A stretch of DNA of 64,000 nucleotides, from contig CM082587.2 of the NCBI GenBank assembly GCA_040954595.2, positions 11,599,403-11,663,402 of the forward strand, in the 5' to 3' direction. How positions within the stretch are numbered: position 1 is the first letter of the stretch; every line of letters begins with the position of its first letter. A model generated the notes under the pieces. It was not told the origin of the DNA. It ran no database searches and saw nothing but the letters and a program-made list of their open reading frames with translations. Source of the stretch: Balanoglossus misakiensis (lineage: Eukaryota > Animalia > Hemichordata). Shown in pieces: positions 1-8,430 of this stretch. The translations under genes were made by a program, and so were the position numbers.

Positions 1-119
1 ATGTGCGCCATGGAATTTTCCAGATATTTTCTAAACAAAAGCGCATGCGCTAATGTACTCACAGCGCGAGGGCGCTAGACTAAATATTTCAGTTTCTCTA
101 AGAACTGGGCGTCCTTACA
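1..119 (-). repeat. Partial BEL/Pao 3' LTR, inverted copy, cut by the window edge
   Basis: Reverse complement of 6064-6182; on the minus strand it starts TGTAAGG at 119, immediately after the PPT-like tract. Confidence 0.85.
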
Positions 120-2775
120 CCAGCCCCCAAATTGTTCATGAAAAAACATTAACAATTTCCATCCTAGCAAATTCAAAACGCCAACATCCATATGTGCCGA
201 AATTACATATCAAATAGAAATTACAAAACAATATCTATAAATATCTCGAAACGCGAAGTCGAAAGTTTTTCAGGAAACGCGAATACAAGAATCCTTTTCT
301 TCATGAATGTGATGATACATCCTAGACCATGCCCAGACCTCGTCCGGTCAATCATGCTGCCAAGCATGATATCCAACACATCTGTACTTCAAAGATGAGA
401 TCAAACGCTGGACGTAGTGGATAGACTGGCCACTACTTGAGATCGTTGTTATTACAGCTGCTGGTAACTGCAACCATACCAATACCACTAAGTCTGTGCT
501 TCCAGCAATGTGCACAACTTATCATATGGTCTTTCTAAAACACTGGATCTGGTCTTCACCAATACTCGTCTCACCACCCCTTTCCGATCAGGCATAACTT
601 TGACGATTACACCCAAGGCCACGCATTTGTGGAGGTGTTCTCATCCTTTTCCAATACAAATCTGACAGATACTGCACTTGCTTCCATCTGTGTACAGCAT
701 ACAAGTCGTTCTTCTCCGTCACACCAGGGGGTGTTGCTGCTCCCTTCATAGTAAGCAACATACTGGGTGTCAATGCTTTTAAGTCTCTAACGTCGTCCGA
801 CGATACTGTAATCTCATGCGGTCCATCTGTACGACGACTTTTGTTCTTGGCACATCTCAACAATGTGTCACCCACTTTACGTATCCAGGCCACTGCTTTC
901 TTCAGTTTATACCAACTGGAGTAGTGGTCTATCATTTTCTGAACCGTCTCCTCCGCATTAACGGACATGGATCGATCCGCCCCTTTGTCAGGCGTCTGTC
1001 GTTCTCCCGAAACAACAGGTACTGTTCCCAACACAACGGGTACAGTTTCTTCTTCCGACCTCAAGGCTATTCTATGCACTAGTGCAGATTTCTTCACCTC
1101 TGGATCTTCTGGATCTAGCTGTGTATTGTAGCTATCACTTGGCCATTTGTCTTGTGTCTTCCGCAAGAAATCAGGACCACCTATCCATCTTTCGTTCTTC
1201 AGAAAAGCATCTATTTTCTGACCTCTAGAGCACTCATCTGCCGGGTTGTCACTGGTATTAATGTAGCGCCAGTTCGCTGGGTCTGATCCTCCTCGAATCA
1301 CTGCTAGTCTATTCGCCACGAAGGTATGAAATCTTGTGGTTTTGTTGTTTATGTACCGCAGCACGGTTTTGCTATCCGTCCAAAACACGGATTCATTGAT
1401 TGGCAAATCCACCTCATTTCTGAGAAGTTTGTCAAGCCTCACTGCTACAGTAGCTGCAGTTAATTCCATTCGTGGGATCGATATTTGCTTCAATGGAGCC
1501 ACTCTTGCTTTGGCCATCATCAAAGTGCTGTGGATGTTTCCGCTTTTGTCGATCAACCTAAGATATGATACAGCGCCATATCCATTTTCGCTGGCATCAG
1601 CAAAGTGATGTAGCTGAGCTGTGTCTACTTCACCAAAGTGCTCGGGCTTTATACATCTGGGTACTGCGAAACACTCTTCTAATTTCGGTAGATCCCTCAA
1701 CCAATTTTCCCACACTTTGCGTTGTTTTCCAGGAATATCATCATCCCAGCCTAGTTTTGCTTTACACAGCTGCTGCAAAAGCATCTTGGGTGGCAGAAGC
1801 GCTGGTGCTGCCATGCCCAGTGGGTCGTATAATGAACTAACCACTCCCAGAATTCCTCGTCTGGTCGCTGGTTTCTCTTTAGTACGATTTCTGAATCCGA
1901 ATTCGTCAGATTCCACGTTCCACTGCATACCGAGTGCATGCTCCATTGGCAAGTCATCTCGCTCCAAGTCTAAGTTCTTCACCTCTATCGCCCTTTGTTC
2001 TTCAGGTATTGCTTCCAAAACTGGACGCGTATTGCTGATCCACTTTGTGAGCTTGAACCCTGATTTCTTACAGGTGTCTGTCAGCCCTTCAGCCAAAGAC
2101 TTTCCTTCCATCACTGTTGATGCTGCCTTCAACATGTCATCAACGTAGAAGTTTCTAGATATGGTGTTCTTGACACTCAGATCAGAAGTATTGTCTGGAG
2201 CTTTCTTCAACGCGAAGTTTGCACAACTGGGTGACGATGTAGCCCCGAAGATGTGCACTGTCATTCGGTACTCGACAGGAGGTTCCTCTACATTACCATT
2301 AGGCCACCACAGAAAACGCTGGAAATCTCGGTTTTCTTGCGACACGCCAACTTGAGAGAACATAGCCTCTATATCTGACATCAGTGCTATCCGCTCTTCA
2401 CGAAAACGTATAAGCACTCCTACAAGTGAACTGGTCAGATCCGGTCCTTGCATTAATTCCTTGTTCAAAGAAGTTCCCTTGCATTCTGCACCACAGTCGA
2501 AGACTACCCGGATTTTCTGTTTCTGTGGATGGTATACGCCATGATGGGGAAGATACCATTTCTTTCCAGGATTGCCTTCCAATTCTTCCTGTGGCACCCT
2601 TTCAGCATAGCCTTTGTCTATAATACTTTCCATGAAGGTAGTATATTCTTGACGATAGTCATCGTTGTTTCTAAATTTCTTTCCCAACTGAGAAAGCCGA
2701 TATTCTACTGCCACTTTGTTGTTTGGCATCGTAACACCGTCATCACGAAACGGTAATGGCACCTGGTAATGACCA
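1..2775 (-). mobile_element. BEL/Pao LTR retrotransposon, inverted partial copy (RT-RNase H-3' region-LTR)
   Basis: Mirror image of 3434-6182, with BEL/Pao Pol motifs. Confidence 0.93.
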
Positions 2776-2873
2776 AGGTCAAATGTAGATCGAGTGGTCT
2801 TAGTGTACAAACGTACGCCTTTATTGACAACGGCAGTGACACAGTATTCTGTACGGAAACACTTCGCCGACAA
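588..2873 (-). pseudogene. pol: Truncated BEL/Pao Pol (RT + RNase H; no protease, integrase core deleted); first ~33 codons are the antisense of the spacer
   Basis: Motifs WYLPHH, KIRVVFD, FGATSSP, FYVDD, YDPLG, HHFADAS, WTDS, NPADECSRG. The called start is TTG; homology to the + copy begins at GHYQVP. Confidence 0.88.
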
Positions 2874-5576
2874 CTGAACGTCGGTGGTAAGAAAACAAAG
2901 ATTATGCTGAACACTATCACTGGAAGTAAATCAGCTGATAGTCGTGTTATCAAGGGTCCAGAAGTTTCAGATCTTGATGAGCATTACATCATCAAACTTC
3001 CAGCTACATATACGCAAGAGAAAATTCCTGCTTCGAAAGATCTCATCGTTACACAAGATGACATTGGCAAGTATCCTTATTTGCGTAAGGTACGCCTGCC
3101 TGAGATAGATGCGGAAATAGGCCTACTCATCGGTGGTAACGTTCCTGAAGCGTTTGAACCATGGGAAGTGATAAACAGTAATGGAGATGGACCATTTGCC
3201 GTACGTACCCGTTTAGGCTGGTTCGTAAATGGTTTCCTTACGGGGGCTGGCGTGTCAGAAAATGAAACTGCCGCAACAGTCTGTAGAATACAAGTTGGAC
3301 CGGCGATTGATCAGCAGTTAATCAACCTCTTCAATCACGAGTTCAGCGAGCGCATCATAGATGACAAACCCGAAGATTCGGTTGAAGATAGAAAGTTCAT
3401 GAAGATTGCGTACGAACAAACGCAGTTTGTTGATGGTCATTACCAGGTGCCATTACCGTTTCGTGATGACGGTGTTACGATGCCAAAAAACAAAGTGGCA
3501 GTAGAATATCGGCTTTCTCAGTTGGGAAAGAAATTTAGAAACAACGATGACTATCGTCAAGAATATACTACCTTCATGGAAAGTATTATAGACAAAGGCT
3601 ATGCTGAAAGGGTGCCACAGGAAGAATTGGAAGGCAATCCTGGAAAGAAATGGTATCTTCCCCATCATGGAGTATACCATCCACAGAAACAGAAAATCCG
3701 GGTAGTCTTCGACTGTGGTGCAGAATACAAGGGAACTTCTTTGAACAAGGAATTAATGCAAGGACCGGATCTGACCAGTTCACTTGTAGGAGTGCTTATA
3801 CGTTTTCGTGAAGAGCGGATAGCACTGATGTCAGATATAGAGGCTATGTTCTCTCAAGTTGGCGTGTCGCAAGAAAACCGAGATTTCCAGCGTTTTCTGT
3901 GGTGGCCTAATGGTAATGTAGAGGAACCTCCTGTCGAGTACCGAATGACAGTGCACATCTTCGGGGCTACATCGTCACCCAGTTGTGCAAACTTCGCGTT
4001 GAAGAATGCTTCAGACAATACTTCTGATCTGAGTGTCAAGAACACCATATCTAGAAACTTCTACGTTGATGACATGTTGAAGGCAGCATCAACAGTGATG
4101 GAAGGAAAGTCTTTGGCTGAAGGGCTGACAGACACCTGTAAGAAATCAGGGTTCAAGCTCACAAAGTGGATCAGCAATACGCGTCCAGTTTTGGAAGCAA
4201 TACCTGAAGAACAAAGGGCGATAGAGGTGAAGAACTTAGACTTGGAGCGAGATGACTTGCCAATGGAGCATGCACTCGGTATGCAGTGGAACGTGGAATC
4301 TGACGAATTCGGATTCAGAAATCGTACTAAAGAGAAACCAGCGACCAGACGAGGAATTCTAGGAGTGGTTAGTTCATTATACGACCCACTGGGCATGGCA
4401 GCACCAGCGCTTCTGCCACCCAAGATGCTTTTGCAGCAGCTGTGTAAAGCAAAACTAGGCTGGGATGATGATATTCCTGGAAAACAACGCAAAGTGTGGG
4501 AGAATTGGTTGAGGGATCTACCGAAATTAGAAGAGTGTTTCGCAGTACCCAGATGTATAAAGCCCGAGCACTTTGGTGAAGTAGACACAGCTCAGCTACA
4601 TCACTTTGCTGATGCCAGCGAAAATGGATATGGCGCTGTATCATATCTTAGGTTGATCGACAAAAGCGGAAACATCCACAGCACTTTGATGATGGCCAAA
4701 GCAAGAGTGGCTCCATTGAAGCAAATATCGATCCCACGAATGGAATTAACTGCAGCTACTGTAGCAGTGAGGCTTGACAAACTTCTCAGAAAGGAGATGG
4801 ATTTGCCAATCAATGAATCCGTGTTTTGGACGGATAGCAAAACCGTGCTGCGGTACATAAACAACGAAACCACAAGATTTCATACCTTCGTGGCGAATAG
4901 ACTAGCAGTGATTCGAGGAGGATCAGACCCAGCGAACTGGCGCTACATTAATACCAGTGACAACCCGGCAGATGCTTTTCTGAAGAACGAAAGATGGATA
5001 GGTGGTCCTGATTTCTTGCGGAAGACACAAGACAAATGGCCAAGTGATAGCTACAATACACAGCTAGATCCAGAAGATCCAGAGGTGAAGAAATCTGCAC
5101 TAGTGCATAGAATAGCCTTGAGGTCGGAAGAAGAAACTGTACCCGTTGTGTTGGGAACAGTACCTGTTGTTTCGGGAGAACGACAGACGCCTGACAAAGG
5201 GGCGGATCGATCCATGTCCGTTAATGCGGAGGAGACGGTTCAGAAAATGATAGACCACTACTCCAGTTGGTATAAACTGAAGAAAGCAGTGGCCTGGATA
5301 CGTAAAGTGGGTGACACATTGTTGAGATGTGCCAAGAACAAAAGTCGTCGTACAGATGGACCGCATGAGATTACAGTATCGTCGGACGACGTTAGAGACT
5401 TAAAAGCATTGACACCCAGTATGTTGCTTACTATGAAGGGAGCAGCAACACCCCCTGGTGTGACGGAGAAGAACGACTTGTATGCTGTACACAGATGGAA
5501 GCAAGTGCAGTATCTGTCAGATTTGTATTGGAAAAGGATGAGAACACCTCCAGAAATGCGTGGCCTTTGGGTGTAA
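2769..5576 (+). CDS. pol: BEL/Pao Pol polyprotein fragment: aspartic protease, reverse transcriptase, RNase H (lesioned); integrase missing
   Basis: 935-aa ORF. AFIDNGSD protease active site; IGLLIG; RTRLGW; YLPHH; FYVDD; FADAS; ELTAA; WTDS. NPAD is followed by a 9-aa deletion relative to the left arm. Confidence 0.85.
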   Translation: MTKVKCRSSGLSVQTYAFIDNGSDTVFCTETLRRQLNVGGKKTKIMLNTITGSKSADSRVIKGPEVSDLDEHYIIKLPATYTQEKIPASKDLIVTQDDIGKYPYLRKVRLPEIDAEIGLLIGGNVPEAFEPWEVINSNGDGPFAVRTRLGWFVNGFLTGAGVSENETAATVCRIQVGPAIDQQLINLFNHEFSERIIDDKPEDSVEDRKFMKIAYEQTQFVDGHYQVPLPFRDDGVTMPKNKVAVEYRLSQLGKKFRNNDDYRQEYTTFMESIIDKGYAERVPQEELEGNPGKKWYLPHHGVYHPQKQKIRVVFDCGAEYKGTSLNKELMQGPDLTSSLVGVLIRFREERIALMSDIEAMFSQVGVSQENRDFQRFLWWPNGNVEEPPVEYRMTVHIFGATSSPSCANFALKNASDNTSDLSVKNTISRNFYVDDMLKAASTVMEGKSLAEGLTDTCKKSGFKLTKWISNTRPVLEAIPEEQRAIEVKNLDLERDDLPMEHALGMQWNVESDEFGFRNRTKEKPATRRGILGVVSSLYDPLGMAAPALLPPKMLLQQLCKAKLGWDDDIPGKQRKVWENWLRDLPKLEECFAVPRCIKPEHFGEVDTAQLHHFADASENGYGAVSYLRLIDKSGNIHSTLMMAKARVAPLKQISIPRMELTAATVAVRLDKLLRKEMDLPINESVFWTDSKTVLRYINNETTRFHTFVANRLAVIRGGSDPANWRYINTSDNPADAFLKNERWIGGPDFLRKTQDKWPSDSYNTQLDPEDPEVKKSALVHRIALRSEEETVPVVLGTVPVVSGERQTPDKGADRSMSVNAEETVQKMIDHYSSWYKLKKAVAWIRKVGDTLLRCAKNKSRRTDGPHEITVSSDDVRDLKALTPSMLLTMKGAATPPGVTEKNDLYAVHRWKQVQYLSDLYWKRMRTPPEMRGLWV

Positions 5577-5695
5577 TCGTCAAAGTTATGCCTGATCGGA
5601 AAGGGGTGGTGAGACGAGTATTGGTGAAGACCAGATCCAGTGTTTTAGAAAGACCATATGATAAGTTGTGCACATTGCTGGAAGCACAGACTTAG
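5536..5695 (+). pseudogene. Out-of-frame C-terminal remnant of BEL/Pao Pol (DUF5641-like tail)
   Basis: Translates as DENTSRNAWPLGVIVKVMPDRKGVVRRVLVKTRSSVLERPYDKLCTLLE, typical of the BEL/Pao Pol C-terminus. It is out of frame with the upstream RWKQVQYLSDLYWKR, implying a deletion near 5535. Confidence 0.85.
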
Positions 5696-6054
5696 TGGTA
5701 TTGGTATGGTTGCAGTTACCAGCAGCTGTAATAACAACGATCTCAAGTAGTGGCCAGTCTATCCACTACGTCCAGCGTTTGATCTCATCTTTGAAGTACA
5801 GATGTGTTGGATATCATGCTTGGCAGCATGATTGACCGGACGAGGTCTGGGCATGGTCAAGGATGTATCATCACATTCATGAAGAAAAGGATTCTTGTAT
5901 TCGCGTTTCCTGAAAAACTTTCGACTTCGCGTTTCGAGATATTTATAGATATTGTTTTGTAATTTCTATTTGATATGTAATTTCGGCACATATGGATGTT
6001 GGCGTTTTGAATTTGCTAGGATGGAAATTGTTAATGTTTTTTCATGAACAATTT

Positions 6055-6063
6055 GGGGGCTGG
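6055..6063 (+). promoter_or_regulatory. Polypurine tract-like primer site
   Basis: gggggctgg immediately before the TGTAAGG LTR start. Confidence 0.7.
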
Positions 6064-6450
6064 TGTAAGGACGCCCAGTTCTTAGAGAAACTGAAATATT
6101 TAGTCTAGCGCCCTCGCGCTGTGAGTACATTAGCGCATGCGCTTTTGTTTAGAAAATATCTGGAAAATTCCATGGCGCACATGTGAGGACTTTTGCACAG
6201 TTAGCCTGGGGATTTTTGCCAGTTTTCTACGGAAACTTCAACCACCGCGACGCATCATCCAGTGCCAGTGTTGTATGTTCAGTCATTAAATGTTCGTGTA
6301 AAGTTCCGAGCAGCGTTTTCTGTGACATCTGACAAGGAATGTTCGTCGGCGATGGTGAGCTCCAGTTAGTTAACGGCAAATACTATAGAACCCTGTGGCC
6401 TTTGATGTGAATTAGGGCGCCATTTGAGACGGCACATCGAGGTTACTACA
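6064..6450 (+). repeat. BEL/Pao 3' LTR (~387 bp)
   Basis: Starts TGTAA after the PPT and ends CTACA exactly where the satellite (ctggtaacgttg) resumes. Contains an ATTAAA poly(A)-signal variant near 6285. Confidence 0.85.
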
Positions 6451-7239
6451 CTGGTAACGTTGAACAAGTCGATTTTTCTAGGGCCTGGCTCGGCTAAATC
6501 TCCGTCACAATATGACAGACACTAGCGTACGTTAGCAACGGTGATCAAGTCAGATTTTCTACGGCATGGCTTGGATAAAGCCCCGGCACTCTAGAGCAGA
6601 AACACGCGTACAGAGACCAGGTTGATCAAGTCTGATCTCCTACGGCTTGGCTCGACTGAAACCCCGGCACACTATGACAGACACTAGCGTTCGTTAGCAA
6701 CGTTGATCAAGTCAGATTTCCTACGGCATGGCTTGGCTAAAGCCCTGGCACTGTAGAGCAGAAACACGCGTACAGAGACCACGTTGATCTACTCACATTT
6801 CCTTCGGCCTGGCACGGCTGATGCCCCGGCACTATATATAGGACACAGACTGGCGTAAGTTAACAACGGTAATCACGTCGGGTTTCCTACGGCCTGGCTC
6901 AGCTGAAGCCCCGGCACTCTAGAGCAGAAACAGGCGTACATTGACCACGTTGATCAAGTCAGATTTCCTACGGCGTGACTCGGCTGGTGCACCGGCTCTA
7001 TATGACACAGACTGGCGTAAGTTATCAACGGTGATTACGTCGGATTTCCTACGGCCTGGTTTAGCTGAAGCCCCGGCACTTTAGAGCGGAAACACGCGTA
7101 CATTGACCACGATGATCAAGTCAGATCTCCTACGGCCTGGCTCGACTAAAACCCCGGCACACCATGACAGACACTAGCGTTCGTTAGCAACGGTGATCAA
7201 GTCGGATTTCCTTCGGCCTGGCTCTGCAAAAGACCTGAC

Positions 7240-7500
7240 ACTCTAGTACAAAGACGTTGGCTAAGTCGGGCAAACCGAAGAGGGAAAGTCACAGCGGGTC
7301 AACACTCGACATTTGTTCGGGTAGGACTGCATTATTGCCTGTCAATTTGTAGAGAAAGCTCGAATTTAACCAGGGCGTTTCAAACACCGACGTTAGTTGG
7401 GGGCACGGCCTGCAGTACTGCCGGGTAAACTGACATCGGCGTACCGCATGTTATGTAGGGGGGGGGGGGAAACAGAACGGTTCAATACTACATTTATCAG
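7240..7500 (+). other. Single-copy-per-unit GC-rich, hairpin-rich segment ending in a poly-G tract (example unit)
   Basis: Lies between the 81-bp block and the AT-rich block. Contains tcgg-gcaaa-ccga, cgggt-caac-actcg, ccgac-gtta-gttgg, the gcagtactgc palindrome and G13. Confidence 0.8.
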
Positions 7501-8430
7501 ATATCAGCTAATTTTGGACAATCATCTTAAATATTTCTAATTCATTTTTTCATATTTGGATATCTGATGATGTATGAAATTTCCATTATATGTAAAAATG
7601 GTGCTGATTATAAAAATGCACTCTGAATGAGCTGATTTAATACAAAGTTGCGTTTTATTCGTTTTTGCACCAAAAAGGTCATTTTTAGGCAAAACATTCT
7701 TTATTTTTTTAATTCGGTGACCTGATCATATATAAACAATTGCTTGTATGTTAAAAGTTTTTCTGACTTTTAAAAGCAGTGACACTGGCGGCATTCAACA
7801 CGAAAATAACAATTTTAGCCACAATTTGGTCAAAATGGTAAATTTTTGAAAATTACAAAAAATACCTGTTTTCTACATTTTCGGAAATCTGATGGAGTAT
7901 AGAATGCTCTTCGTATGTATATATCGATACAAATTCCACAAAAGACCGTCTAATTTGGCTCACTGCAGACAAAATTGCGTTTTACCAAATTTTCCTTGAA
8001 AATGTCATTTTTAGAAAAAAAATAAAAAAACCTTTGTTCTTCGAATTTGGTGCCCTGATCATATATGACATGTTGATTGTATGTTAAAACTTTCGACCAC
8101 TCCAAAAATGCAGAGATATTGACGGAATTCAAGAAAAAATAGCCATTTTGGCCATATGTTGACAAAAATGGTAAATTTTAAAAAAATCTTAAAAAATTAA
8201 CTCTTTTCTTCATTTTCGGAAATATTATGGAGCATGAAGTGTCGTTCTCTTGTAAAAAGTGCTGCAAATTCCAGAAAAGGCGGTATAATTTGAATCACCC
8301 AAGTCAAAATTACCATTTTCGACATTTTCCGAAAAATTGTCTTTTTTACAAAATAAATAAGAATAAATTCTTTTCTTAGTTTCAAACGGGTAGAGATACT
8401 TTCCACACGGGTTTTCTAACATTGAATTCC
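7500..8430 (+). repeat. AT-rich block of ~6 degenerate ~167-bp monomers organised as ~335-bp dimers (example unit)
   Basis: catatttgga/cattttcgga at 7551, 7876 and 8211; cctgatcata at 7721 and 8054. The two monomer types align (ttcggaaatctgatggagtata vs ttcggtgacctgatcatatata). Confidence 0.85.

Larger units (their letters stand above)
1..6182. repeat. Long inverted repeat (palindrome): left arm 1-2775, right arm 3434-6182, 658-bp spacer 2776-3433; the left arm runs off the window edge
   Basis: Base 1 onward (atgtgcgccatgg) is the reverse complement of the sequence ending at 6182. Identity stops at ...taatgacca (2775) / tggtcatta... (3434). The ORF track is mirrored on the two strands. The arms differ by roughly a dozen substitutions, a 27-bp indel and a 1-bp indel. 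Confidence 0.97.
2776..6450 (+). mobile_element. BEL/Pao LTR retrotransposon, internally deleted (no gag or 5' LTR, no integrase core), with PPT and 3' LTR
   Basis: Protease-RT-RNase H order, C-terminal WPLG-type tail, PPT and TG...CA LTR. Confidence 0.93.

Noticed and set aside
5136-5177. 21-bp imperfect tandem duplication (TVPVVLG/TVPVVSG) in pol
   Set aside because: Real but minor linker-region duplication, present in both arms, with no functional signal.
816-5673. Small antisense and alternate-frame ORFs over BEL pol (and likewise over LINE ORF2)
   Set aside because: Shadow ORFs of the real coding frame, duplicated only because of the palindrome.
1-6182. Palindrome as a fold-back read or assembly artefact
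   Set aside because: The arms differ by multiple substitutions and a microhomology-flanked 27-bp deletion, and there is a 658-bp spacer. Artefact is unlikely, though reads should confirm.
6451-7240. CRISPR-like array (regular 81-bp period)
   Set aside because: The intervening sequences are homologous to one another and repeated in every unit; there are no unique spacers or cas genes, and the context is eukaryotic.
7250-7325. tRNA gene at the A/B-box-like motifs
   Set aside because: No cloverleaf: T-stem and acceptor stem do not pair and box spacing is short. Kept only as an ncRNA hypothesis.
7555-7600. Hammerhead ribozyme (CTGATGA...GAAA)
   Set aside because: Only tgtat separates the two core motifs, so there is no stem II or G-C closing pair; stems I and III are unconvincing, and ctgat is part of the monomer consensus.
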